This document shows positions 38,602-51,749 of a stretch of DNA of 64,000 bases, piece after piece (position 1 is the stretch's first letter; every line of letters starts with the position of its first letter). The position numbers and the translations under genes are program-made. The notes below the pieces were generated by a model. The model was given only the letters and a program-made list of their open reading frames with translations, made no database searches and was not told the DNA's origin. This DNA comes from Octopus sinensis (taxonomy: Eukaryota). Where the stretch lies: positions 46,252,001 through 46,316,000 of the forward strand of contig NC_043002.1 in assembly GCF_006345805.1 (NCBI RefSeq), given 5' to 3'.

Positions 38602-38935
38602 TAAAAGTAAACAATCACATTATTGAAATCTCAAAGCTACAAGATAATGCATAATTAATTCAAAGCAGTATCAATAAATAAGCAAGACAATGGACAGAGA
38701 AACCTGAATACTAAAGGGTCAACCCTTTAGCATTTAAACCAGCCATATCTAGTCCAAATAGTCTACCTATATTATGTTCAGATCTAGCTTCTCACACCTA
38801 ACCAAGAATGTCATTCTGAAAATAAACAATCCCACCATCGAAATCTCAAAGCCACAAGATAATGCATAATTAATTCAAAACAATGGGAATAAATAAGCAC
38901 TACATTCCACAGGTTATATATATAATGCTAAAAGG
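38602..38935. mobile_element. Two piggyBac-type MITEs in tandem; the first is truncated
   Basis: Junction ...CTAAAGGG|TCAA|CCCTTTAGC... at 38719-38722; the second copy spans 38723-38935. Confidence 0.75.
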
Positions 38936-39105
38936 TTATATACCATTAAGATATTGCAACTAATTCACTCAACTGTCTTTACTCTTTATCCAAATGAAAA
39001 TGGATATTAGCTATTACTGAATTAATATTTGAAGATTTGATTAGTACTTTTAAAATAATTTGATTAATTTCATTCTTTTGACCTTTTTTTTATCTTTTAT
39101 TACAG

Positions 39106-39193
39106 AAATCCGAGAATCTGCATTATGCCTGGGCGTTGGCCTCAGTTTACTACTCATCTTACTACTTTTATGTCTCCTGATCTGTTGTGTCAG
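39106..39193 (+). CDS. Transmembrane exon
   Basis: ttttattacag|AA...GTC AG|gtttgt, 88 bp, phase 1 to 2. ALCLGVGLSLLLILLLLCLLICCV. An alternative phase-0 donor TGT|gtcagg lies at 39188/39189. Confidence 0.92.
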
Positions 39194-39760
39194 GTTTGTT
39201 ATTGTTTCATCTCTCAAGCCATTTTTATCCTTTTCTTCCTTTTTCTAGTTTCCGTCATCTAACTGCAGCCATGCTGGAGCACCGCCTTGAAGGGTTTTAG
39301 TCAAACAAATCGACTCCAGGACTTATTTTTAAGGCATAGTACTTATTCTATCGGTCACCTTTGCTGAACTACTAAGTTACAAGGATGTAAGCACACCACA
39401 CAAGTTGTCAAGTGGTGATGGGGGACAAAAACAGACACAAAGACATACACACACATATATGATGGGCTTCTTTTAGTTTCCATCTACCAAGTCCACTCAC
39501 AAGGCTTTGGTCAGACCGAAGCTATAGAACATACATACATACATATGTACACACACACACACACGTATTTTCTGTAAACCCTTATTTGATAATGAAACAA
39601 CACGCGTGCGTGCGTGCACACACACACACAGCCACACACGTGCAACTAATATATAAATATTTATCTAGTTAAACTATTCAAAGGTAATGATGGCAATGAG
39701 GACTAAGTTATGAAAAGTTCTCTATATATTAGTCAATGTTTCTTCTTTGGTCTCTTTCAG

Positions 39761-39815
39761 ACGTCGAAGACAAAGACGGAGAGATCCTCTTCTGGGACAC
39801 AACCAGACTCAATAG
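39761..39815 (+). CDS. Short cytoplasmic tail (isoform using donor 39193)
   Basis: tctctttcag|A CGT CGA... gives RRRRQRRRDPLLGHNQTQ*, a basic stop-transfer cluster directly after the TM. Total from 3378 is 2621 nt plus 1 upstream nt, i.e. 874 codons. Confidence 0.65.
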
Positions 39816-39910
39816 TTTCCTGGATACCCCAACAACATTTTTTGAATGATGATAGTGAACCACACTGTTTCAGAAATGTTAAATCAACTTTACACTCAGA
39901 TCCTTGGGAG
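39761..39910 (+). CDS. Alternative-frame exon (candidate long cytoplasmic tail, part 1)
   Basis: Same acceptor, exactly 150 bp open in phase 0 (TSKTKTERSSSG...LHSDPWE), ending at a strong GAG|gtaagt donor. Confidence 0.45.
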
Positions 39911-41549
39911 GTAAGTATTTCTGAGAGTAAATATTTACTTTTATCTTTTACTTGCTGGAGTACTAACTTGAAGGATTTTGTTAAACAAATTGACTGCAGC
40001 ACTATTTCTTTTTTCTTAAGTCTGGTATTTATTCTCTCGGTGTTTTTTTGCTGAACCTCTAATGTTACTAGGATGTAAACAAACCAACACCTATTGTACG
40101 GTGATAATAGGGAAGGAGGGACAAACACATATGATGGGCTTCTTTCAGTTTCCTCCTGCCAAATCCACTCACAAGGCTTTAATCAGCCTGGGGTTATAGT
40201 AGAAAACACTGTGTGTGTGTGTGTGTGTTTGTATGCGTACATGCGTATGAGTACGTGTGTGTGTGTGTGCGAGTACGCATGTGCAAGTGTGCGCGCATGT
40301 ATGTGTGTATGTGTAAATGGGTATAAAATTATTTTTTATACCCAACTAGCATTATATATATGATGATATATAGTGCATGCATATACAGCTGCGTGCGTGC
40401 GAACATACACGCGAGTACTGTCCAAATCTCCAACCAATCACATACAGCTAGCTGGCATTCAATTGGTGTATCAAGTTTCGAGCATTTTGATTAGGTTTTG
40501 GATAGAAAATTCACAAAAAAGTAACTTCTATTGATTTTTTAATGGTTTTGCGGGGTGACTGGGGAAATGTAAAGATGTGCACGACCACCCTTGGACGGTT
40601 TTGAATGACTATAGAAAGTGCGAGCTCTCTAACTGAAAAATTATGGATTTGTATAAAGGACACACACGCAGACATTTTGCCATTTATATATCTCTTATTA
40701 TAAAAGGCAGATTTTATGTGCCTCCCTTTGTCAGTTATAGAAATCTACAATATAGGATTTCTTCAATTACAATTTACCTAGCATTTTTAAGAGTAGAATG
40801 CATCGGGTCATGCCAGGTCCAGTTTTTAAAATTTAAACTCCAATTAAGCAAAATTTACAGAAAACTCACATTCTGGTGTGTATGTCAAATGCTTTTCTTA
40901 GTCTGGTTTACAGCACACGCAAACGCACACACACAGTGTGCAACGAATAAACTGAAACTAATTCACTGTGTGTGTGTTGACAGGTAGACAATAGAATGCG
41001 ATGGCGATGGCGATGTAATATTTGTTTCTGTCTATCACGCTGATAGATACATGAGTAAAATGTATGGCAAGCTAAGAGATAAGAGTGAGTGAAAATGTTC
41101 TTGGAAGAGAGTAAATAGCGACAGAGTGATTTGAGGAAGACTAAACTGAAAGTATGAAACAGTGTTTATGTATAAACAGACGACACTTATATATAGTTAT
41201 TAATAAATGTATGCATCTGTTTAACCCTTTCATTACCAAACCACCCGAATTTACCTATTCATATTTAAATGAGAAAATCAGAGTAAATCTCTTTAGTACA
41301 TTCGTGAAAACACGTATTATACTTCGTAAACACTTCAAATACAGTTTTGTACAAAAATCGAAGTGTAATTTTAATTCCGTGAATTATGGGAGATTTTTTT
41401 CCGAAATTTGTTCCTATTGTGTTTTCAAAATTTGTAATTCTGACAAAAAATGGATACGAATTTCATTATATCAAGCAGCGAGTCAGAATTCGAAGGATTT
41501 TCTACTGAAGACCTTCATAAATCTAACTCTATGACTGAAAAAAAAAGCA

Positions 41550-41945
41550 TCTTTATATAAGAGTGAAGTTGTGTGTCTGTCTCCTACGATTTAGATTCGT
41601 AACTACTCCCACATTTTGCGGTGCAGTTTAACCAAAAGCGGGTATCTTATAGTCGTGATTCATATCGAGCCCTTCTGGGTATTAGCGCGCGTCTACGATG
41701 AGTCTACGATTTAAAAAAAATTTACAATCATATTTTTCCATTTTAATGCATTTTTTTCGCTTTTATATAAGGGAAGTAACTCTCTAAAAATATCTACGAT
41801 GTGTCAACGATTTTTAAAAAAAATTTACCTTAATTTTTTTTCAATTTTTAATGCATTTTTTTGCTATTTTTTGGCTATAACTCTCTAAAAGTGCTTATAT
41901 AGTTATTTCCCTTACAACCCGAGCAACGCCGGGCGATACTGCTAG
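41550..41945 (+). mobile_element. Non-autonomous Helitron
   Basis: 5' TC, 3' CTAG, GC-rich hairpin CCCGAGCAACGCCGGG at 41918-41933, inserted between A (41549) and T (41946). Confidence 0.88.
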
Positions 41946-42240
41946 TATAGAAATATACACGAAGTGTCGCCAGAAAATACCTATTAGCAGTTCTCTCTGT
42001 TTCAGTTGCCTCCCTTTACACCCTGTTGAGTTACCCTTTTGTCCTCCAAGACCAAACTAATAAGCATTGGCCAAAGTACTGGATTTAATATATTGAAACT
42101 AAAATCCATGAAAACATTACTAAAGCATAGGTACAGGCTAACAACTGATACCAGTAAAAGTGTATCACTTTTTTAATTTACATTTTTGTTTTGCTTTCTT
42201 CAAATTTAAAAGTTTTTTTGTTTTTTTTTTATTTCCACAG

Positions 42241-42396
42241 ACTGTCAGGTCAAGCAGTAGTGATGGTCCAGCATTTTTCACTGAAGGTATTCCTGCATTT
42301 TTCTCATCAAGTATTCGTGGACTCAATGGAACAAAGCTAAGTGATTGGAGTCCTGGTGCTTTACAAGTCAACCTCTGTGAAGACATGGCTGTTTGA
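42241..42396 (+). CDS. Candidate terminal exon of the long tail
   Basis: Long pyrimidine tract ending tttatttccacag|ACT; open in phase 0 (TVRSSSSDGPAFFTEG...LCEDMAV*), phase-compatible with 39910. Confidence 0.4.
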   Translation, partial: TVRSSSSDGPAFFTEGIPAFFSSSIRGLNGTKLSDWSPGALQVNLCEDMAV

Positions 42397-43915
42397 TTGG
42401 TAAAATTAATTGCCTTAGGGCATTTGAGCTAACTTCCATGATGTTTTGGTTGTTGAACAAGGGATTTTGGTGCTTTCGAAACCAACCTCCTTAATGTTGA
42501 TTTGGCTCTCCGAATGGTTCTCACAGGTACATTTCAAGTCCGCTTCTGTGAAAGGAATTTGGGAGTCAGCTTCCACGAAGATGACTCCCACAGTTTGACA
42601 GTTGTTTTTCAACTCCTATGATGTGACAATATCTTTTTTATTTGTTTTGTTTTTTTCCCATTTACTAGCACAAAGAGAAGCAAGCAAACAAAAGAGAATA
42701 TAAAAAAAAATAATGAAATTTTTTGTATTTTTAGCAGGAGTTACTGAACGGGAAATTCTTCTGCAATGTCACATTTCCAGAGTTTACCTGTCAATGTATT
42801 CTACACTGTTTCTCAAGGTACAGAGTTTGACTGCTGCTAAGCTATCAGCTTAAAAAAAAAATCCAAAACAAGGCAGAAAATAGTACCAAAGAACATGTGT
42901 TTTGCTTTCTACAGTAAGGAGATTCTCCGAGTAGCTCAGAGGGAGTGAGATGAAGAAACAGACAGAGTTATAAGTACAACTACTTTGTACTTAACTATTG
43001 TTTTAAAAAAATGAAAATTATTGAATGAAAATTCACCCAAATCTTGAATTTAAATGACTTTATTCTTACAGCAAGAATTAATGACTATTCATCACAAATA
43101 GATATATACATGCAGCCAATATGACATAAACAAAATTCTTCTTGGTGTGACTTTTGTTTTGTTTAATGGCATGAAATTTTTAATGAAATGAAGTGAATAT
43201 GAACAAATAAGAGATAACTTTCCTTCTAATATGAATAAGGAAAAATATGAAAATACAAATTATATTTCTGATGAGTACAACTGAAGGTAAAAGAAGATAT
43301 AATTTGTTGTAAGTGGAACTTATTCTTCCTTGTACTGATTTATTATATACAGACTCACTTCTGAATTTTTATTTTATATATCATATACTTGTGAATAGAA
43401 TAACCTAATAATCTCTGACTTTCTAAACCATTAACAGAAACAAAGACAAAAATCTTACTGAATATGTATGCATGCATGCATGCATGCATGTATGTATGTA
43501 TGTATGTATGTATGTATGTATGTATGTATGTATGTATGTATGTATGTATGTATGTATGTATGTATGTATGTATGTATGTATGTATGCATGCATGTATGCA
43601 TGTATGTAAATATGTATATGTGTATGTATGCATGTATGTATGTATGTTTTTCTTTGAGATATACTCAAGTTCCTCTTCAGAGAGTTCAAGTTTGTCACTT
43701 TTTTGAGTTAAGACTGTTTCCTGGCTTTGTAAATATGTGGTTAAGTTGGTATACACTTATATGTAGGTGTAAACAACTGCACTTAAGTTCTGTATAACTA
43801 TATATGTATGTGTAATCTTTGGAATGTCTTATTAATTATCATTGTGCTGCTGGTAGATTGGATTTTGAAGAATACGCATCATGTACACATATATGTATGA
43901 TACATCAATATATAT

Positions 43916-43965
<50 letters not shown>

Positions 43966-45732
43966 TATGTATAGTATCAGAATTTTCATATAAATTAAGT
44001 AATTAAATCTCAAAGTCCATCTGCTAAATGCAAACAATTCTCCACTTGCAAACCAAAAATAAGAAAAGGCTATTCTGCCATTTAAATATATTTTATTAAG
44101 TTATTGGCTACTTGTACTTTATTTGATCATGGAAATAAGTGGCATAACTGATTTTGTAAAATATCCTTGTATAACACATCACCATTGGTTATCTTCACTT
44201 TCAAATGTGACTCAGTGTAGTACTGGATTCTATGGAATAATTACAATTTATATACACAACAAAAGAAAAGAAGTATTAATTATTCTTGATAAAATTTTGT
44301 CTCCTTAATCTTCATATAAATGCACATATATATGAACACACAGACATATATATATGCATATATACACATGAACTCACTCATAAACTAATATATACGTACA
44401 TACTCATACACAAAGTATTGTCTATATTACTGCTTGAGAAGAAGGTGGCTAGCTGGCAAAATTGTAAGCACACAGGACTAAATGCTTAGCAACATTTCTT
44501 CCTATTTTATGTTCTGAGTTCAAATTACACCAAGGTTGACTTTGCCTTTCGTCCTTTTGGGGCCAATAAAATAAGTACCAGTCAAGCACTGGGACTGATG
44601 TAATCAACTAGCACCTCTCCCAAAATTTCAGGCCTTGTGTCTTTGGTAGAAAGAATTAGCTGTTGAAAAATTAAAAAATGGTTGTTTATAAATTTACTAG
44701 TAAATTTTAAAAATCAATATTGATTTGAGAAAAAAAATAATTTTGAAAGACAAAATAGGTCCAAACCACGTAAGCATTGAAAAATGGACACTAAAACAAT
44801 AATATAAAAAATTTCCAAGGAAATTTTATATATTCCAATGCTAATTCTTACCCCGACCAAAAAAAAAAATAATTAAAAAAAAATTTTAAATACTGATTTG
44901 TGTAAATTTTTGTTTACTTAAGTTGATTTTATGAATCTAATTATTTGTATCAAGTATTTTTTTTACAAATAATTATCTTTGCTACAATTATTTGACTACT
45001 CAATGTTGAGCAGGTCTGAACTAATTTTCATAACAAAGTAATTGACAAAAATCAGTGTGTTGCAGCAGTAAATTTTCCCAACAATACAAGAGACTATTTT
45101 CCAGTTTATAAAATTTGTAAATATGAAAGAGAACAAATATATTTGAAGAAGGGTTCTTAAAACACTTATAATTGTAGACATGATGGAACAAAGCTTAGAG
45201 ATTCACTTACAAAAAATAAGACAACAATAAATAATTATTCTTGTATTTCATTTGAAATTAAAATAGAAACTTGAAACAACAATATCACTATAAAACAATA
45301 TTTTACATTTATTTTTTTAAGAGAAATTGTACTAATATATATATATGAATATATATATATCATTAAGAGATAGTTATCTTTTTTCTTTCTTTTCTTTTTT
45401 TTTTTTTTGAAAGATTCATTGTAATTGTTAATTTGTGTATTGATAAAGAAAATACATTTCATTGAAATAAAGTATCTACCTTACTTGAATATTACTTATT
45501 TCTATTTAATTTTAACAAGTCTAAATTTGTTTATTTAATGCAGATAAATTTCAGTCTGAACAACTGAGCTGCATATGCTGTATCTAGAAATGAAAAATAA
45601 TTAATCCTATCAATGTGAGACATACTAATTATTTAAAACATTTCTTCAGATTGCAACTACAAAGTTTGCACATACTCTTGAAGTAATCAACAGGCTGGAT
45701 TCTATGAATATCCATAATAAGATATAAACCTC

Positions 45733-45825
<93 letters not shown>

Positions 45826-46099
45826 TTATTTTTTATTTAATTCTAACAAATCTAAATTTATTTATTTAATGCTGTTAAACTTCAGCCTGAACACTTGATA
45901 GCCATATATGCTGTATCTAGAAAGGAAAAATAATTAATCCCACCAGTGTAAGACATAGTCCTTCAGGCATTGTATCACATTAGAAACCAACTTAGATGTG
46001 AGACTAGATTTGGACACTGGTCCTCTACAAGCCTTCCCCCTGCTCAGTGATCTCACCTACATTAACACATGGTCCTGCCATCTAGCTTTAGTGTTAGCG

Positions 46100-46591
46100 A
46101 AACTATTTAAAAGAGTGAGCAGAAGGATCTTGAATCTATTATCTAGGGTGGAAATTTTTCATACAGAGGTCACTTTTACAAAAACTAAATGGGTTCAAGT
46201 TAAGATTGCTTACACACCCAACCCAATGCATCAGAAAGAAACAACACAGCAAAGTTATTTGTTTAAAAACCCTTTCAGCCTAAATGTTTGTTCCGATATA
46301 TGTAAAGCCATACAAAAGTTGGTTGATAAATGTTTTTCTCCTATACATACGTACAAAAAGTTATTTAATAGATGCTTGCTTATGATTTCTTTCAGATACA
46401 TAGTCAATATGAATCTTATCCATTCATGCAAACCCATCCTTAGAACTGAAGCCACTTGTAATAGCACCACCACTTTCCCACTCAGTGGCTGCTGCAACAC
46501 AATGGGTGTTGCATATGAAGTAGAAGTCAGGTCCAGTGGGCCAAACAATGCATCCAGTATAAAGCACTATATCAGATTAATCCTTAAATAA
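46100..46591 (+). mobile_element. Penelope-like element fragment (RT-EN junction)
   Basis: SRRILNL...FKNPFSLNVCSDICKAIQKLVDKCF...KLFNR...CNSTTTFPLSGCCNTMGVAYEVEV...KHYI, resembling PLE WFNPPFSxNV...KIFNR...CNC...CPLxG.C...VVY...YIG. Confidence 0.85.
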
Positions 46592-47400
46592 CAGGAAAGG
46601 GTTGCATGAATCTATGTGCAAAACAGGCAAAAAACAAAATTTACTCTTTTCCTTAAGAATAATTTTAATACATATTTTCAGTTTAAACAAGTACAAAAAC
46701 TATAATAATTGTTAGACTCACACACAAAACTTACAATTACATTATAAAAAAGAGCCGTAAAATATTCATTTTCCTTTGATGATGGCCATGTCTTTGTAAA
46801 TTTTTTTAAGCATCAATTGATGACATATTCTGTTTTCTGAGGAAGCATCACTTGATGATGTCCTCCATTTAGAGACTAACAAAGAGCTTCTTGAAGAAAT
46901 ACATACACAATCACACTCATTATTCAGGATCTGCAAGAAGTAGCACATCACTGTACTGGGCAAACATATATGGTATTTTTGAAGGAGAAGGCTACCAACT
47001 ATGACATTGGATGGAGACTATTAGAGAAATGCAAACCTTGTTAGAACAGTACCTGAAGATGTAGATGGTGTTTAATGGAGACATATACTTATGCTACTGT
47101 ACATGGCAGCTGTTAAAGTCCAGGTTTTTTGGGGGTTTTTTTTTCACTTTTGCTGTGCTTGATCTTCTATCATACTGACCTGGTGATTACATCAGTGTTG
47201 CAGGGTACTGGATAGGGAACAAGTACAGAAAATGATAGCAAAAGTGGCCCCTAATTTTCCTTGAAGAATGTGAGATTGCAGCTTCAATCACAGGTACTGT
47301 TTCAGCTTGCAGCATCATCTGAGAGACATCTTCTTTGGCAAGTTTCATGTTATGTTCTACAGACATAATGTGTGGGACATGTTTGAGATTAAAATTCTCA

Positions 47401-47786
47401 GCAGGAGTGGCTGTGTGGTAAGTAGTTTGCTTACCAACCACATGATTCCAGGTTCATTCCCACTGCGTGGCACCTTGGGCAAGTGTCTTCTACTATAACC
47501 TCGGGCCGACCAAAGCCTTGTGAGTGGATTTGGTAGACGGAAACTGAAAGAAGCCCGTCGTATATATGTATGTATGTATGTGAGCGTGTGTGTGCGGGGG
47601 GGGGGGGTCTTTGTGTGTCTTTGTCCACCAACATCGCTTGACAACCGATGGGGGTGTGTTTACGGCAAAAAGAGACCGATAGAATAAGTGCTGGGCTTAC
47701 AAAGAATGAGTTCTGGGGTCGATTTGCTCGACTAAAGGCGGTGCTCCAGCATGGATGCAGTCAAATGACTGAAACAAGTAAAAGAG
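47401..47786 (+). mobile_element. Near full-length SINE family A
   Basis: Same head, body and tail as 18926-19355. Another copy lies at 51266-51665. Confidence 0.9.
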
Positions 47787-48164
47787 TATATAGTGTATCC
47801 TCAAACAGTTTCAAAATAGAGAATAATTTATTCTTTGATTGCTTCACAAATAAGTTTCTATATATCCATATCAAATTAACCTTACATACTTTACCAGCAT
47901 CTGTACTAGTAATGAAGATGTAGCCATTTTATATGGCTGGTGAGAAGACAAATCTTGGATGAATCATATTTGGACGGAACAACTGAAATTAGGATTATGA
48001 TTAAGGGTTGCAATTCCTAGGCAAATTATTATAAGTTATCTCCCTTGAATGCAATCTATAATTTTTTTCTTTTATTTTCTTTTCCGAAAAATGCATGCGT
48101 GCATACATACATACATACATACTACATACATACATACATACATACATACATACATACATACATA

Positions 48165-48530
48165 CATGGTGGCTGCTTCCTCGTCATCGAGTATGACCAT
48201 TGCACGAAGCTTAATCAATGTTGTTATCGTGCAATGCCTGTGCAAGAAGATTTTTTTTTTAAGTGAGGAAAGCTGTGCACTGAGTCAATCCCACTCACTA
48301 AGCAACAGCAGCCATAATCCGAAAAGAAGAACAAGTCAACATCATCTGTAACCACTGAGCCGCAGGTTTTATGTCGGAGTTATCCCAGTTACCTTCTCCT
48401 AGAAGGATGCCCTAACAAAGGCTAGGAGTCCTTCACTCCCAATGGTTTAACCGCGTGATCGGGTATTCAGTCCGATTATTTCTATGCCTCCGCGCATGAT
48501 ACAGCCTTAAGACATTTATTAGATAGCCCG
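48165..48530. repeat. Dispersed ~365-bp repeat, second copy at ~52072-52435 (same orientation)
   Basis: ATCGAGTATG(A/G)CCATTGCACGAAGCTTAATCAATG...GATACAGCCTTAAGACATTTATT is shared. Family not identified. Confidence 0.8.
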
Positions 48531-49217
48531 CCCAGACAACATCAGCTAAACAGTAAAGTAATGAATACATTCCATACATATTCAGAAGTGAGGGCAACAT
48601 CTTCAGAGTTGGAGGCTAGAGTAGAGGAGAAGCAGGCATCATACCAGCATAAAGCAATGCATAAGTAAATATCACGTAAACTAGAGGATAGCAACAGCAT
48701 TGGCAGGAAGATAACTTCTTCTGGATGCGAAATACCCCCCACCGCCACCACAAGAATTCCGGACCCCAGTAAAGTGCTCATTTGATTACAGCCAATCAAA
48801 GCTCACCTTCACCTTGTCAAGTTAACAAATGTTGGCATTCAAAATGGTGACCTTTGATTGTCATGCGAATCTGGTATTGTGTTCTCATTCAGATGCCGAT
48901 ATCATCGATACCGCTTGTTATCGGTAGGTTTGAATTACTATAGCCTGTGCAAAGATAATGTTTTGGACGAATATGAAAGTGCGGAAACTGCTTGAAGGTT
49001 TTATAAATACTCTTGTCAATATTCTGAAAATAGCACTCCGCCGAGGTTGACTTTGCCTTTCATCTTTTCGGAATCGATAAATTTAATTACCAGTTGCGTA
49101 CTGGGGTCGATCTAATTGACTGGTCCCCTCTCCTAAAATTTCGGGCCTTATGCCTTGAGTAGAAAAAATATTTGTAAATAACGTGTTATGTTTCCCGTAA
49201 TTTTATTTCATGTAAAT

Positions 49218-49760
49218 AAATCTTACTTAGCTATTATTTTTAGCACACCTTACAACCACCAGTGTTTAATGCAAATGCAATAAACAACACGTTACATGCG
49301 ATAAGCACATTACAATTTTTAACAGAAATATTTAGAAGAATTAGATGACAGTTCTCCGGTAATTTTCTTTCATGTAAATAAATGTTTATGTTAATTTAAA
49401 AGAGAAAAACAGTTTTAAATCTCTGAGCGGGATGTTGGCAAATAAACTTTGATTTAAAAGATTTATCCAAAAAATCTTACTTAGCTATTATTTTTAGCAC
49501 ACCTTACAACCACCAGTGTTTAATGCAAATGCAATAAACAACACGTTACATGCGATAAGCACATTACAATTTTTAACAGAAATATTTAGAAGAATTAGAT
49601 GACAGTTCTCCGGTAATTTTCTTTCATGTAAATAAATGTTTATGTTAATTTAAAAGAGAAAAACAGTTTTAAATCTCTGAGCGGGATGTTGGCAAATAAA
49701 CTTTGATTTAAAAGATTTATCCAAAAAATCTTATTTAGCTGTTATTTTTAGCACACCTCA
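49218..49760. repeat. Near-identical tandem duplication, period 254 bp (~2.1 copies)
   Basis: TCTTA(C/T)TTAGCT at 49221, 49475 and 49729. Confidence 0.92.
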
Positions 49761-49891
49761 CAGCCATCTCAATGCTCAATGACAACATTAACCCAGACGG
49801 AAAAGTTGCTGTCTGCCAATAGAGAGAGAAAAAGTAAAGAATGCACAGTGCTGACTAGAAAGGAAGACAGGATAACGGTAGCTCTGTTCTG

Positions 49892-49908
49892 ATTGGCTAT
49901 ATGCAAAT
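49892..49908. promoter_or_regulatory. Adjacent inverted CCAAT box and octamer motif
   Basis: CTGATTGGCTATATGCAAATGAGG: ATTGG at 49892-49896, ATGCAAAT at 49901-49908. Another CCAAT at ~49816. Confidence 0.35.
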
Positions 49909-50279
49909 GAGGTAATTACTGGGGTCCGGAACTCTCGTAGGGAAAAAATTTCGCCTCCTGGGCCTGCAAGATTGAAAATTTCAGCGGTGAAAATTCAATG
50001 ATGAATAATAGATGAAATATGAAATGATTTTTATACAGCCAAGAATAAAATGCTATGAAAAATTGGAGACCTCCTGAGGCAGGCGAGAACGATGTAAACA
50101 ATGTAGCGGGCATATGGATACTTTACGGATACTAATTTGAGCTAAAAATGTTTTCCCTGTGGCTTTGATGCAAGAATTAATTTGCACAATCGTCTGGATT
50201 ACTGTAAATACGTTGTTAAAGTTCATGAGCAGTTCTGTGTACATTTTGTTTTACTATATTGGATTTCATATAAAATTTA

Positions 50280-50436
<157 letters not shown>

Positions 50437-51749
50437 TATTCGATTACGGGCATAACCGTTTTCTTATTGCAGATATATACCTGTAACAGGCTTCTTAGTT
50501 ACTCAATCATGGGCCCTTGGATGGTTACCTGGCCCACAGAATTTTGTCAAAGACATCGTCACCACCAACTCCCCCCTGTACATTCGTCCAGAATAGATTT
50601 TCAACCTGGCATTAGATGAGAATACAACGTGACAGTCCTCCAATGTAAGTGGTGAAACAATGCCAGTATACATCCCATGTTTGCTTCCCTTGATACGATC
50701 CTTCATATAAGAGAGATTGGCTTTGAAAAGTGTAACCGATTGTAGGCAGTGAAGAATAATAGATCACCTCTGAATCCTATAATTACTAATAGCCTGCAAT
50801 TATCGGGAATTACGTTTCACTATTTGGGGGACAAATCGATGTTTTTCAAACTACAGACAGTTCTTCCTCGATTAAACCACCATTCATAATCGTTCAGTGC
50901 GAATGTTCCCAAGTAAAAGTGATGATGTTTAAAGATTTAAAGTTGTCTTTTGTGAAATCAGGAAATATCTTTCTTGAGTTATGCTGGAGACACTTACCGA
51001 GAACTAATTCATCGCGGAATAATTGTTTCTAAAGCCTGGAATAATCAAAATGAATATGTCCAACACAATACATATGATACTTTATAAGACGAGCATCGAT
51101 CTTCAGACAGCCCGTCTTTTCCAACACTTTTTATGTCAGGTTGAGATTCTATTTTATTGACTATCGCAGTCTGCAGGGTGATCAGCATTATATATATAAC
51201 ACATATGTATATGGTATATGAATAATACAAAACCACATTAAAATACAAATCCTAAACAGTAGGCACAGGAGTGGCTGTGTGGTAAGTAGCTTGCTTACCA
51301 ACCACATGGTTCTGGTTTCAGTCCCACTGCGTGGCACCTTAGGCAAGTGTCTTCTACTACACTCTCGGGCCGGCCAAAGCCTTGTGAGTGGATTTGGTAG
51401 ACGGAAACTGAAAGAAGCTTGTTGTATATATGTATATATATGTGTGTGTGTGTTTGTGTGTCTGTGTTTGTCCCCCCAACATCGCTTGACAACCGACGGG
51501 GGTGTGTTTACGTGCCCGTAACTTAGCGGTTCGACAAAAAAGAACGATAGAATAAGTACCAGGCTCGCAAAGAATAAGTGCTGGAGTCGATTTTCTCGAC
51601 TAAAGGCAGTGCTCCAGTATGGCCACAGTCACATGACTGAAACAAGTAATAGAGTAAAAGAGTTATAGTCATGATTCTTCCATAATATAAGTTGTTGCAA
51701 AAGAAAGACAAAAAAAGGGGAAAAAGCGAGGAAAAAGGAAAATTGGTCG

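Noticed and set aside
42165-42612. Minus-strand ORFs as the last exon of a convergent gene
   Set aside because: Interrupted by stops, no recognisable domain, and the Lys-rich end is just the complement of the plus-strand polypyrimidine tract. Not fully excluded without RNA data.
46766-47441. Minus-strand ORFs (65 and 84 aa) as exons of a second gene
   Set aside because: Acceptor-like sites exist, but each frame ends in a stop before a donor and they cannot be chained; one ORF begins inside a SINE.
49998-50077. C/D-box snoRNA (ATGATGA ... CTGA)
   Set aside because: No terminal stem, no clear D'/C' boxes and no rRNA complement I could identify. Such motifs are common by chance in AT-rich DNA.
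50472-50645. Plus-strand coding exon (good AG acceptor, AAT|gtaagt donor)
   Set aside because: All three frames contain stops; at most a non-coding exon.
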